Below, piece by piece: positions 25,142 to 39,117 of a stretch of 64,000 nt of DNA. How positions within the stretch are numbered: the first letter of the stretch is position 1; every line of letters begins with the position of its first letter. The notes below the pieces were generated by a model. The model ran no database searches and was not told where the DNA came from. It worked only from the letters and a program-made list of their open reading frames with translations. A program made the translations under genes and the position numbers. Source of the stretch: Ancylonema sp. (taxonomy: Eukaryota); the NCBI GenBank assembly GCA_050230475.1, contig JBFLGF010000003.1, positions 62,001-126,000 of the forward strand, written 5' to 3'.

Positions 25142-28100
25142 ATGGCTATGGCAGCCAGTATGACTACGGCAACAGGTTGTAATCACTTAGCGCATCCGCT
25201 TTCGAACTTCCAAGGCTCTTCCACAGACTTCACGAAGCTGCAAACTACGGTGGTTAAGAGGAAATCCCCTTCTCTCCCCGGATGTCGAACTATGTCTGAA
25301 GAAGGTTTCAAGTCAAGTCTAGCCAAGGGCGTGACGTTGAAACCTGATTCTTTCAGTCAACAAGTTGAGAGCTTTGGTCCTCTCTCCAGTCTCAGGAGAC
25401 GGAATGGTGCAGTGCGAAGCGTCATGGAGGTGTGAATCAAAACTACAATATTCTCCTTTTTTTTTGTCAACAACCATAGGACCAACCAAAACCAGTCAAA
25501 ATAAAGGTGCATGGGGGCCAGAATCTTCAACTTTTCTGTTGCTATTGTAATATGCTAGTTCTGCCGGGATTTTTTTTGGCTACTGTTCTATATCGTATAA
25601 AATATGACTGTATCTCAAGAGTAGTAGCCGTTGAGTCCATGTTCCTCTTCTGCAATAATTCATTGGTCCAATACTCTGTTTGCTTACGCATGTAAAGTTT
25701 CCTTCCAAGTCTGTTCATTTCATTTATGTTCCAGTTTCTCTAATTATTGCCTCATGATACCGTTCGCTACGTCCTTTTGCAAGAAGCGTTGGTACCTTCT
25801 GTGTTGTAATCCCGTGCCTGTTGCTTCTATCCGCTGCTGGTCAGCCCCCAAGCAAAGAGCGCTCTGATATTTCGGTGAACTTCACGGCATCCCCCCACGT
25901 GGATGCAACACTCTCAACGAGCACCACCAAGTGGTCCGTCGTTCCTGATTTGTGGAAAACGTTGGCCGACCGTCATGGCGACCGTGTGGCCCTGTCAGAC
26001 CCTCACAGGGGGGGGCAGGAGCTGACGTTTAAGCAGGTAAGAATAACAACAACGAGCTGATGAAGGCCAGCCGGCTTATGTAATGGCCACCTCCCCACCC
26101 TTGTCGGGCTGCGCAGCTCCACCAAACTATCCTAGAATTTGCAGAGGGGTTGCGAGTGTTCGGACTTCGGCAGGGCGAGTGCTGTGCCCTCTTCTCTGAC
26201 AATTCACACCGTTGGATAGTCGCAGATCAAGGTAAGGTCTCACATACAGCTGTAGCGATCGATTGGACGCCCCGGTGCGTTTGCTGATGATGATAATCTT
26301 TTTGGTTCTGGGCGGTTCCGAGCAGGTATCCTGTCAACCGGTGCTGCGAATGCGGTCAGGGGAGCCAAGGCGCCCACTGCAGAACTCCTCCACATCGCCA
26401 CAAATTCAGATAGGTGGGTGCTATCTGAAAAGGAAGAGCGATAACGACAATGTATTGGTCATGCCTTGATCTCACGCCCCCGCGAAACATTGGTGAATTC
26501 CCCTTGAGTAGCTGACAGTGCCAACGTGGCACTGTCTGATACTGTTTATAACGAGTTCGCACACGTACAGAACAAAGCAAGTAGCTGCCAAACTACTACC
26601 AAAAAACAGCTACAGTCACCGCGTGCCATTGTCGGGCCTAGGATCCAAAAACACGCACTCTTCTTTCGGAGGCGTGGGAGTGTCCCCAATATTTCTCCCA
26701 CACACAGCACAGCACAGCGGCTCACCCAGGCATGGGGCATGGGGCATGGGTTGGCAGCGTGGCTGTGGTGGTGGAGACCGTCGACTTATTGCAGCGCCTC
26801 GCCCCCTCCTTCCAATCCGACACTGCTGTCAAGTTTGCCGTGGTGCTGTGGGGCGGGGAGGGGGCAGAGGTCACCACTCTGGGCCTGCCTTTCCCCGTCT
26901 ACACTTACCACGCAGTCCTGGGGTCGGGCAGGACCAGTCGAGCGGCCCTAGCTGCTGCAGATCATCCAGGTCGAGTTGGTGGTGGGGGGGGGCAGAGGCA
27001 TCCTCTGTTTCTGTGCTGAGTCGAGTGCTGATGGGTGGGTGCCTGTGGGAATGGTGGTTGATCAGGGGGTGTGCGGGACCCAACCCACATTCGTCCCGAT
27101 GACGTGGCAACCCTGGTTTACACTAGCGGGACAGGTGGCAGTCCGAAGGGGGTGCTTCTCACCCACAGCAACCTGTGTGCCCAGGTACTGTGTTCGCATC
27201 GCACCTTAGAGACGGGGGGGGGGGGGGAGAAAGGAGATGGGATGAGGCAGAAAGGTGATGAGGGAGGGATGGCTGGGGTGGGGGGGCAGCTGGACCAATT
27301 GGAGAGCTGTATCACCCCTCGTCCTGGAGACAGCACGCTGAGTCTGCTGCCCCCGTGGCACATGTACGAGCGCACCACGGAGTACTACGTGCTCAGTCAC
27401 GGGGCGAAGCAGGTGTACAGCAGCGTGAAGACGTTCAGAGAGGACCTGGGCACCTACCCTCCCGACTACTTTGTGGCTGTGCCGCTCGTGTTCGACAATC
27501 TCTACAAGTGAGTCGTGAGAGGCCACGGGTACCCGTTTGTCCACACCTCTGGAGGTGGTCTCAACCCAACCGAAATGGGGGGGCTGGGGGGGTGCAGTGG
27601 GGTGCAAAAGAAGCTGGCATCAGCGTCAGCTGTCCAGGCCTCTCTGGCTAAGAAGCTGATTGCAGCGTCCCTCAGATATCGAGCTGCCCGGAACGTGGTG
27701 CTGGGTCTGGCGCTCGCATCTGCGCGGAAAAGCGATTCCTTTTTGCGGTCGGCAGCCGAGTGGGTGGGGTGTGCAGTGCTGGCGGCACTCCTGTGGCCCC
27801 TTCACCTGCTGGCCTCGGCTCTGGTCTTTGCGAAAGTCAGGGCGGCTCTGGGAATCAGGAAGGTGTGTAGAAGGTGCATGCGTGAACCAGAGAGAGAGAG
27901 AGAGGAGGAAGGAGGGCTGATTTGCGAGGGTGCCACTTCTTGTATGGTAGGCTGCTATCAGCGGGGGTGGATCGCTGCCTGCTCATGTGGATGCTTTCTT
28001 CCAGGTGGGTGGGGCGAAAGGATGGATTGCTGTTTGAGTGGCGCTACTGATGTCGGTGGGGGTGGAGTCGGGGTGCAGGCTGTGGGGATAACCGTTTTGA

Positions 28101-29563
28101 ACGGATACGGGCTCACAGAGACTGCCCCTGTGCTCACGGCCAGGAGACCAGACGCCAATGTAACATAAACGCCCTCTCCCCCCCTAAAAAGAACCCATCC
28201 ACGCGCAACGACCTCGCTATCAATGCATGTTCTGCATCTCTCTCTCTGCATGTCTGCTCGCCTCATTCCGTGGTTTAAAGTTTGTTTTATTTTATTCTGG
28301 GGTATCCAGGCTCTGGGGAGTGCGGGGCTGCCGCTGCCGTTCACAGAAGTGAAAGTGGTGGACTCAGAGACGGGGGCTCTCTTACCCCCGGGGGTGAAGG
28401 GGTTGGTGAAGGCGCGGGGCCCGCAACTGATGAAGGGTTACTACAAGAACCCCGGTGCCAGCATGGCGGCCATAGACTCGGATGGGTTCTTTGACACGGG
28501 GGACCTGGGGTGGTTGGTACCCCTCAAAAGGTATGGGGCGGCCCGGAATTGCAGCGGGCAGCTGGTGTTGGACGGGAGAGCCAAGGACACAATCGTGCTG
28601 GCGAATGGTGAGGGCAGGAAGGGGCAGCGGGGGAGGGGGGGGGGGGGGGGTGGGATGAGCCTCACAAGGCAGCTGTGTGCCGTTTGCTGCTCCCAGGAGA
28701 AAACATCGAGCCAGGGAGCATAGAGGAGGCAGTCCTTCAGAGCCCTCTCATCCAGCAAATGATGCTGGTTGGGCAGGTGGGTGGGCTGGGGGGTTGGGGT
28801 CGGGGTTGGGGTACTTGTGTTAGGAGGGAGGGTAAGCAGAAGGGAGAGGGAAATGTGAGGTGGCAGGACCAGAGGCGGCTGGGGGCCATCAGTGTGGCGG
28901 CGACGGATGAGCTGGAGACAGCTGTCAAGACGGCAATGGGTGATGGGGGAGCGATGCCTGGAAGGAGGAAGGAGGAAGTGAGGGAGAATCTGAGTCGCGC
29001 GGAAGTGAATCGATGGTAGGGCCCACCCTCAAGCTCTGGGAAGATGAAGGACCCGACATTAGAAGCTAGTGTGTGCTTCTGGATTTTCAGAGTTCGAGTG
29101 TCAATGATTATGAGGGGTTGGATGTGAGAGCTGGTACCACTCTCTCACAAGGGCAACACCCTTGTCAGCATACTCAAACTGTTCCCGTATATGCGTTGAT
29201 CGGATTCGAATGGCTCCAAATCTGGTTTTGGAGTACGATTTTTCCATCCCCACAATGCGATGACGTGGCAGTTTGACATCCAAGGGGTTCACGGCTTCGC
29301 ATGAACGAATCGGGCCCTTCACTCTGCTACAAGATCCCTTTTCGGTACGGACAATCGGGGTGGCTGACGGTATTGTTTTGTGTTGGAAGGGCACAAAAGG
29401 GAATGTAGGTATGTGGAGGGGGATGCTGAATGTCATGGGGTTTGATCGGGAAATTTGTGCACAGATTGACAACGGTCTTTTGACATCGACAATGAAGATG
29501 AAGAGAAATGAGAGCGCAGCGAAATACAAAGAAAGTATTGACGCACTTTTTGCAGCCTCGTGA
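25142..29563 (+). CDS. AAE16: Plastid long-chain acyl-activating enzyme / acyl-ACP synthetase, AAE15/AAE16-like; multi-exon
   Basis: Transit-peptide-like N-terminus, [11 protein letters not shown]-binding [68 protein letters not shown]15 and AAE16 cannot be distinguished by eye. Confidence 0.88.
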
Positions 29564-30862
29564 GTGGGCGGGCGTGCTTCAAGGTCGCCAAAGATCGAGG
29601 GAATGATGCCCGAGGGTTGCTAAGTATGTATAGTGTATATTAGTGTTCAAATACGCAAGCAAACATTTCATTGGACTTGCGGGTGTAAATTTTCTTTTAA
29701 TTTTTTTTAGGGTCGTAGGTCGGACGTGCTCGTGTTTCGTAAAACTTGTTACATGAAGTTACATGAAGGCTATGCACTCACATTGTTACTTGTAGCTTGT
29801 ATGGTGTAATTGTGCTCTTCCGAAGAAATGGCTACTCTTCTTGATGGAGTCATTTTTGGGAGCACTTGAGAATCACAATTCAGGGCATGATAGCACATTC
29901 TACTTGGCCCATTATTGCAATGACAGTGCGGAAAGTTGTATCGATAATGGCGTGGCACAATGGACTCAGTAAATTGTCGTGTTTGGTGTCATAACAACTA
30001 AAATCAAAATCAAGGTGGTATCATTCTACATGCTGCGTTTATTTCATGTCATCAGATTCACATGTTTGAGCATGTTGAAGAGGTTTATAACTTGATGATG
30101 CTTGACATCCCAGAGGCCAAGGTTACGAATCGCAGCAAGATGGAAGAGTTTACATGTTTGGCATGCGTGAATGCACCATTCATAATCTGTATAAACTGTG
30201 TCGGGCACTAACCTCTTTTCGGGGAAGGAATAGTGCCAATGAATACGTTTTGAATAACCTGCGTGTACATAGCTTTACATTATCATGCATGAGCATAGCA
30301 TTTTGGGGACGGATAGGATAGAGAGTTTAAGCCATAGATACTTTCAGAAAAACATATGTATCATGTGGTGTGCATCCCACTTCCTGTGCTAACAAAAAAC
30401 GAAATGAAAATGCACTTCCGATCTTACGGTACACGATATTGACATTGCTTGTTCAAAAGTTGGGGGTGCTTGCATGCACAAGCTATCGAGCTTTTGGACA
30501 AAAACTGTCCTGCCTTTGCGAGCTAAAGTGACTAAGTTTCCCCCTAAAACAGTACTTATTGGTGATCCATCAAAATCTTACGCATACACATGACTACCAC
30601 TCACTGAATTTCATTGCAATGTTTGTACATAGTCAGCTCTACTCGAACATTGCTCAACAAATCTGTCTTGATTAACGCTAGTCACCCAATGCCACCCCCC
30701 CGTCACCAATGCCATCCTCACCCCACACCCCTAAGCATGACCCTCATGTCCCCTCGTCCACATCTCCCACTTCCAATTCATCTCCGTACCCCACTCTTCA
30801 CCCCTACCCTATTCTCCACATGCTGTGGTCATCTGTACAAATACCCCATTGACCTACTCATC

Positions 30863-32707
30863 CTATGTTGTGCACTCCTGACTCGAACCTCCCCTTTCTT
30901 CCACCAACAGCAGAGTATGGTCAAACCCGCATGCCAAATCCACCACCATCCACCCTTCCAGCCCCTCCACTGCCCTGGGTTGGGGACTATCCCTAGAACT
31001 TCCCTGACCCAGCCTTCCATTCCGCCCACTCCCCCAGCTCCACACCTCCCCCTCTGCAGTGAGCGCGCACGAGTGAACCCTCCCACCCGAAATTTTCACA
31101 ATGCTCAACCCCTCCAGACCTGCAACTGGCAGCGGACCCCCTCCCTTTGTCCCCAGCTGGCCCCCCATGTTGTCTCCCCAGGAGAAAAGCATAGCAGAGG
31201 AGTGCTGATTTGTGACCAATGAATGCCCCAGCCCACACGCCACTTGGGCAGCGTTCAGTGCTGGGATCTTCACGGGGAGGCGACGATAGTCCACATCGGG
31301 GGGCAACCCCAGCTGCTGCAGCCCGTTGTCTCCGAAGCACATAAGTGTCCCATCTCCTGCACCCATAAGCGATGCAGACGTGATTGGTTCAAGCATCACT
31401 CGCAACCAGAATGCAGTCACCAGATGTCTGATGACCAGATGCATTGCACCCGCTGGCTCACCACAGAGTGCCAAAGAATGGTCCATCCCACATGCCACCT
31501 GCACCACTTCGAGCCCCCCCAACGACACCACTTGCTGTGGCTCCCATTCCAGATGCACATCCCGCTCCTCCTCCATAGATTGCACCACAAACCTTTCCGC
31601 CTCCTCGATTCGGTGCCCCCATGACTCAGCTCGGGCGTCAGCTGAGGTGGCAGGTGAGTGTTTGGAGTCGCTGGCAGGGTGGGTGCCTAACCCCAGACGC
31701 CCGTGCTTGGGATATCCCCATCCGAATACCTCCTTCTCTGCAGTGCATGCAAGAGCATGGCCCCAGCCGAGGGCTACCTGCGACCAGCCGAGAGAACCAC
31801 AGTGAGTGCGATTCCAGGACGTCGAACTCGGGGGATGGACATAGTGTCTTTGTACATCACTGCCTGCCTGGGATTGCGGAAAAAGGAAGAGCTTGAAGAG
31901 AGAGAAGCAGCATTCCGTCTCTTTGCTGAACCCGAGTCGGGAGCACCTGCGTCACTTGCCTGTCGTGAAGGCTCAGCACTCGTTTTGGTTCAGGCGATTT
32001 CACCACCCCCTGGCCCAGCCCGAGCTGGCCCCTCTTCGAGCTCCCCATCGCCCACAGGGATCCATCTGCCCCCCAGGCCATGCTCACGACACCAGAAGCA
32101 GCCGCTCCCTCTATCTTAATCCCGCCAAGTCCATCGACTTCCCCGGGAAACCAATTCTCCACAGCTGTATCGGTAGTGGGATTACGAGGGCCCAGCTGGC
32201 CCTCTGTGTTCCGGCCCCAGGTCCAAAGGCTGCCACTGCTAGTAAGGGCTAGAGAGTGATAGTGGCCGGCAGCTACGGAGACGACGTCTGGAGGAAGATG
32301 CGTGACAGGTTCCGGTTCGTAAGCATCCGCGAATGGAGGGCCTGATGTGCCTAAAGCGCCGGTCGCACCACTGCCGAAGCTAAAAATTCGGCGTTCGGTT
32401 TGTGGGACGCCTGTAAAAGCGACATAGAGGTGAGATGAAGTCAACCACCTTCACCATGATCTACAAAGTTCTCTGCTCTGACACTGCTCTAGGAGACAGA
32501 CTGCCACCCTTACAAAGTTTGATACAAATGGCATATAAATTATTTTGTGAGACCGGAAGTAAGAGTAAACATCAAACAGCCCCCTTTTTCCCACCTCATA
32601 CCTCCTTTCGTTCTTGAATTTGCTCTGGAATTGAGGGCGCGAGATGCCGTTTGCACGGGAGTCTGCGAGACAATCCGTCGAAAATATTTCACGCATGCCA
32701 AGCTCAT
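30863..32707 (-). CDS. RUG3: RCC1-repeat protein, RUG3-like (putative mitochondrial splicing factor)
   Basis: Basic presequence-like MSLACVKYFRRIV; DAYEP...LPPDVVSVAAGHYHSLA...WGRNTEGQLG; AASGVVSMA...SKRGQLGLG; ALGWGHALA...FGWGY; WEP...VACGMDHSL. These match my recollection of Arabidopsis RUG3. Confidence 0.78.
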
Positions 32708-32872
32708 TATCGACAAAGAACTATCAGATTTTTCGGTCGCACTGGTTTGAGTGCGATCTACTGCATGAGTTTTACGCCAAAAATGGTGAAGCCACAGAAG
32801 TCCTGTCACTAGGACTGCATGCACGAAAGGGTGACGAAAGCCCAAACCGTATGCAATCCCGCTATCGCAGTC

Positions 32873-34362
32873 AACAATTTGAGGACCGCTTCTTGCTTAT
32901 GAACACAAACTACGCTTACTACAATTTAGAGTCTGGATTTCAGATGACTGGTGTCTGTCATTAGTCCTGTGGGCAGGGTGGATGCGCTGGCAGAACATGT
33001 GCTAGAATGTGGCAGAACGTCGCGAACACCCTCGCGGAGCCTGCCTGGCAGGTCCCACCGTGTGTTTCACATATATTCACTGGTTCACTGGATCATTGAA
33101 AAACGATCCCTGCATTCCCTGCCTGGCATGTGTCCGGTCACGCCGATCATCGTGTCCACACGGATCGCGTTTCGAAAACTCAACCTGTAAATTGACGTCG
33201 GACTTAACTCGGGATGACTCATGCTGACATCCTAGTTATCCGATTGTCTTCGAAGGCTCAATTAAAGGGGTGCCTTCGGAATCCGATACATCGTGGCCGT
33301 GGATATGCAATAAGGCAGGTTGCTAAAAACCTAAAAACATTTTCACTTTTCCTTTCCCAAGTAAATAATTTATTTCCTGAGGTTGGTAATTTAACCGCAG
33401 TAATGCACTTCTGTGTGGCTCCGAGTGTTGTAAGTTCATCGGATGAAAATTGAATCGGTGTAAAAAGATGCCGCGAAGACAAGGTGAACCCTACAGGTCG
33501 GTATATTCAGTCGTGCCGGTATGGCCGAAGCTTCTCCAGACATGATTGCCAATGCCCTCTTCTGACGAGCTGGATGCTGACAGCAACGTCAGACAGCACT
33601 ACGCCGTTGCACTGCAGAGCTCATGTTACCGCGGCCGCTGTAATCTTAAAAACAATAACATTCTTTACCAACAAAGTTCATCGCTAGGCCTGTGTGGTGG
33701 AGTCTTTTTTTATGAGGACTTCGGGCGTCATTCACTACATTTGAGGTTATTTGAAATTGAAGTAGCGGTTGCATGATGGGAGACAAGAAACTTTCGCAGG
33801 ATCCTGTGCATCGTGTACTTCTCTTGTCCGCGGGAGCGTCACATACAGTTGCCTTATTATGTAAGCAGNAACAATTTGAGGACCGCTTCTTGCTTATGAA
33901 CACAAACTACGCTTACTACAATTTAGAGTCTGGATTTCAGATGACTGGTGTCTGTCATTAGTCCTGTGGGCAGGGTGGATGCGCTGGCAGAACATGTGCT
34001 AGAATGTGGCAGAACGTCGCGAACACCCTCGCGGAGCCTGCCTGGCAGGTCCCACCGTGTGTTTCACATATATTCACTGGTTCACTGGATCATTGAAAAA
34101 CGATCCCTGCATTCCCTGCCTGGCATGTGTCCGGTCACGCCGATCATCGTGTCCACACGGATCGCGTTTCGAAAACTCAACCTGTAAATTGACGTCGGAC
34201 TTAACTCGGGATGACTCATGCTGACATCCTAGTTATCCGATTGTCTTCGAAGGCTCAATTAAAGGGGTGCCTTCGGAATCCGATACATCGTGGCCGTGGA
34301 TATGCAATAAGGCAGGTTGCTAAAAACCTAAAAACATTTTCACTTTTCCTTTCCCAAGTAAA
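32873..34362. repeat. Identical direct repeat of about 493 bp: 32873-33365 equals 33870-34362
   Basis: The second copy starts immediately after the N at 33869. Confidence 0.95.
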
Positions 34363-35716
34363 AGGCTGTACGGCTGGGGATGGGGGCGGTACGGAAACCT
34401 GGGGCTGGGAGATCAGAAGGATCGGTTGGTGCCGGAGGAGGTGACAGCTGTCAAGGTATGGGGCCGGATGCATGGAGTCCAACCACCCAACGCTGCCACT
34501 GGGCCGTAGCAGTGGGGTCCACAGGTCCAAGCCCGGGTTCGGGTTCGGTTTTGGGGTTCAGGGCGAGAAGATGCTGATGGTGGCCTGCGGGTGGCGTCAC
34601 ACCATTTGCGTGGGCGGGTCAGGGGCCCTGTACACGTACGGGTGGAGCAAGTACGGGCAGCTGGGCCACGGGGACTTTGCAGACCACCTTGTGCCCGCCA
34701 CTGTGGAGGCACTCAAGGGGCACAAGATCAAGCAGGTGGGGCACCAGGGGAGAGGGGATGGGGACGGCAGAGGGGTGGGACCAGTCTGACAGGAGGCAGT
34801 GGGTGGGGACAGATTGCGGGGGGGTGGAGGCACACAGTGGCTCTGGACAGCGAGGGGCGGATATTCGCTTGGGGGTGGAACAAGGTGGGGGAGAGGGTGG
34901 GCTAAGCTGGCATATGAAGAGATAAGATGTTATTGGTTACGCACACTCTCACTGCCACCTGTCACCTGTCTGACGTGTCTGGACGCATTCCTGGGGATCC
35001 CCTTGGGCAGTTTGGGCAGGTAGGTGTGGGAACCAATGAGGATCAGAACAGCCCACAGCTCATCTCTACGATTCAGGAGAAAGTGAGTTCTGTGACCTGT
35101 GGGTGGAGGCACACGGTGGCGATCACAGAGGCGGCGAATGCGTACTCCTGGGGGAGGGGGACCAGTGGGCAGCTGGGGCACGGGGACACTCTGGATAGGT
35201 ATCGAAAACGGATTAACGGAGACAGATGAAGGGGAGGGTGGAGGGGGTGGAGGGGGTGGAGGGGGGAGGGGGTCTGATGACGCTTTGGGGCGGGGGGATG
35301 GGAGTGAGCAGGAGTTTGCCGAAGCTGGTGGAGTCGTTGAGCGCGGATGCTGGAGGGTGCAGAAACCTGCAAATGTCAGTAGCTCCCTCTACTCATGGTA
35401 GGGGTGAAGGGGAGAAGGGGGAAGTTGATGTTGGGTTATACAGTGCACAATCGGTGATTGTTTGCCGCCCCTCCCCCTTGCAGCTTCCAACTGGATTTCT
35501 CCTTCAGAAAGATATGCAGTTGTACCAGACGAAAAGGTATGTGGTGAGCTGGCAGGCTCTCTGGTTGGTGTGTGCCAAGTGTCATCCATGTGGCCCTCAC
35601 ACCTACCCTGTTGCGTTTTTTTTCTACAGGCAGCCCCAAAGTTGCAGCTCTTTGGAGGCAAGGTGGAGGATGCAAGTGTTCCGAACGCAGAAGTAAAACG
35701 TGTTCGGACCAAGTGA
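33773..35716 (+). CDS. UVR8: UV-B photoreceptor UVR8; the N-terminal propeller exons are missing at the N-gap (33869)
   Basis: N-terminal VLLLSAGASHTVALL, GWGWGRYGNLGLG, three GWRHT motifs, C27 region WISPSERYAVVPDE, C-terminal SVPNAEVKRVR. Confidence 0.95.
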
Positions 35717-37000
35717 AGAGAGTGTGGGATGACAGTTAAGAAGAGCGCGGCACTCACATCTCAAGCAAGGAAGCTAGCAAGGGGGAGAATTCATGTCTGG
35801 AGGAAGCAAGATTGAGCTCGCCCTGAGCTCCTTAGAATGCAGAATGAGATGTGGAATCAAATAAAGCAAAGCCCCAACGGTGCCTTGTCCTTGTACAGAT
35901 CGCCATGGGGGACCACCAATTTGTAGGACTGGCAACAGATCTGGACGCCTCAAAAGTCTAGGAAGTCAGGAATGTCAGAGAAGGAGCATCTTTTCACCTC
36001 ATATGTTAGGACCATAGGACAAACAGATAGACTCTGGACCAGGAGTCGCCTAGACCATAAAGCTCATTTGTGAGCACCAAAGCTGGTGGGGCCTCCCATG
36101 ACCCGAGCAGAGGAGCTTCATTGCGCCAGCTCACTATCACCAACAGCGAGTGGTGTGTATTAGCCAATTCATTGCATGAATTTTTTTGTCTTGAAGCTTG
36201 TCTGTTTTTTGTCTTCAGTTGCAATCACTTGGCAGGAAATCGGATGGCAATCTAGGTAGTATGTGTTGGTAAAGAGTAAATTTTCAGTTAAAATAATTTG
36301 TTTGGATGCTGCCTGTAACAGGTTTGAGTTGATGAAATAAGAGACAAGACGGCCATCAAAATACGTGAAAGATGCAAATGAGCTAATAGATTGTACAGAT
36401 TGTCCTGTTGTTATAACAAGAATATGCGAATAGGAACAATGTCTTCACCTTCTACATCACTCTACATAGCCGTTTCGCGGCAAAATGGTGTACAAATGTT
36501 GTGCACTAAAAAAATCATGAACACAGAACACAAGAAGGCAATTTCTGTGCATAATGACAAGCTCCACAATCGTATGTGCGATGATCGTCTTCAGCCTCTA
36601 TTAATGAACATCACAAACTCTCGAGTAATCAAGCTTCCAATATTCGTTTAGTGCCTCATGCACGTATTTCATGAAGACAAGTCTCCAAATCCTCACAAAA
36701 GTGCCATTTCGTGATGCCACGATTTTCAGCTCATGCATCCTTCTTAGTTTCCGTTTTGGGAAGGCAAATGAGTTTGAAAAAGTTGTTTTCTTCAAGCATT
36801 GGCTTGACTCGCCGCCCACAAGAGTAGGAAGTCAACAATCTCATCTCCCCCCCACTCTGCAATACAACAGCATACGACGGGTAACAATCGATTTTTTCAA
36901 GAGCAGCTTGCATGTATGAGAGTTGTGAGAAGAAGTGTAATCGAAACTAATGTCAAGGTGACGTATGAAGTAAGTTTTGCAGAGGGTGGGAGTGCCAAAC

Positions 37001-38082
37001 CTTGGGCGTAGTCATAGGCTGTGCCTTTATCGTTGCTGGCTGCATCCAAGTCTGCTCCAGCTTCGAGAAGCATCCTCGTAATTTCCACGTTCCCCTTGAG
37101 GCATGCAAACTGATCGCCAGAACATGAAGGCAACAGATAAATTCAGGAAATTCAAGTGCTTAAAACGGTTACCCATTAGAGTATCCTCACCATTTTTAAT
37201 GAACATTACTCTCCTTCCTTTGCGACAAGTATGACTCGACGAGATTGAAAAGGCGGGCATGCACTCTTTGTTGGCTATTGCGCGTATGAAGGGAATATTT
37301 TTGTATATAGAACCGCGACTCCAATTGAATCTGGCATCATACTTCCACATACAGATCCTTGATGTGAAAAAACGATTTCAGTTCATTGTTTGTTGCCTCG
37401 GCGTATTTTGGACTCCTTCCACTCCAAGAGCCTGCCCCAAATTGGGGAGTATAGTCTCCATTATTAGGTGCGTGAATTATTTCATGAAATTCCCGAGGCC
37501 AAGAAATTACTTGCAAAGCAGTGTTTCCACTGCTGTTACGAACTTCGGTGTCAGCTCCCGCCCAAAGGAGATAGCTGATCACCTCCGGATGATCGTAGAA
37601 AGCTCCGAGCTGCAGGGCTGTTCAATCCTTGAAACTACATGAGTTTGATGGCAATTGACGCTCTCCCACTTTGATTTTTGCATGCGATTCCTGGATAAAA
37701 TTATGAGCTGGGTAAAAAGAATACCTGTCCATCCTGCTCTCGCTGGGCTGGGAAGATTAATGTCCACTTCCCCTGAACCAACGAGCTCCCTCAGAGCATT
37801 CAGATCGCCAGCCTTAGCTGCGTCCTTGAACAGTTCGTCCTTGCTGAGGATTGCATTGGCTTCACTACTTCTACACACGAACCGGCTGAGAGACTGCGAT
37901 GCAACGGCACCTTTGACTCCGTTCCCCGGGATTGTACTGTAGATTTTGTGATTATTTACTTCCACGTTATGAGTGCAACCGCTGGCGCCGGCTGTAACAT
38001 GCCCATGGCGGTCATGATTCGAAGGTTTGAAACATCTGGCCGCGTTGCGAGTCAGTGCTGAGAGCTCACAAAGGGCAGCCAT
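37001..38082 (-). CDS. Ankyrin-repeat protein with a transit-peptide-like N-terminus; 3' end unresolved
   Basis: Exons give DAAKAGDLNALRELV...GWT/ALQLGAFYDHPEVISYLLWAGADTEVRNSSGNTALQ/FACLKGNVEITRMLLEAGAD. Confidence 0.85.
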
Positions 38083-38710
38083 ACCTCGCACCAGGGCTTG
38101 GCTGGCTCACTACAAGCGATGAGGTGCCACCGATTTGGATTTTTTTGAAGAAAAGAAGTCCGAGGAATATGTTGGGAATACTACACTGAATTCAGGTGTG
38201 GACAGCACCTATCAGGCCCAGGTGCTAATTCTCAGAAAGCACAAAGCGCATCACAGCGCATCAGTTTTTCTTTGGTGTTGCACGGTTTGCGTGAGCTCTC
38301 TCTAGCTCTCTAGTTCTCGCTCAGAACTGATGACGCTCAGAAATGCAACGCCAGGGTCCAGCCACCTCCTCAGCTCGTCTACTCTACAGGCACAGAATGG
38401 CCCGTGTTCACGTGCCTGCAGACCAGCACAACTGTGGCTGGGGCCAGAAAGCACGATGGCCTGCTCTGGATGTGCCTATTCGGCCGAGATAGGCTAATAT
38501 TGTCGGGTTTTAATCACGGTCAATTTGTACGGGTATGATGGGGTTAAATTCCCCCAGATAGGGAATTCTCCCCATTCTAGATTTGCCAAACGGAATGGTT
38601 TTGCCAAATTTGGACAGCCCCGAGTTGCCGAGTTGCCGAGTTTTCCGACTTTGCGGACGAATACTTTTATCCCGCCAGCTGAAAGCCGAGCATGCAGATC
38701 TTTACCATCN

Positions 38711-39117
38711 ACCGTTCCCTGGGATTGTACTGTAGATTTTGTGACTGCTTACTTCCACGTTATGAGTGCAACCGCTGACGCCGGGTGTAACATGCCCATG
38801 GCGGTCATGATTCGATGGTTTGAAATATCTGGCCGCGTTGCGAGTCAGTGCTGAGAGCTCACAAAGGGCAGCCATACCTCGCACCAGGGCTTGGCCGGTT
38901 CACTGCAAGCGATGAGGTGCCACCAATTTGGATTTCTTTGAAGAAGAGAAGTCCGAGGAATATGCTGGAAAATACACTGAATCCAGGTGTGGACAGCACA
39001 GTGTGAATTCTCTCTCCAGCTCTCTTGCTCTCGCTCAGAATTGATGACGCTCAAAAATGCAACGCCAGGGTCTGGCCACCTGCTCAGATAGTCTACTCTA
39101 CAGGCACAGAATGGCCC
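38711..39117 (-). repeat. Diverged copy of the ankyrin gene 5' region (about 37920-38403)
   Basis: Alignable with many substitutions and a deletion; starts right after the N at 38710. 38405-38709 is identical to 40419-40723. Confidence 0.9.

Noticed and set aside
22266..27574. Functional tandem AAE paralog pair
   Set aside because: The copies are almost identical including introns and the first is truncated; an assembly duplicate cannot be excluded.
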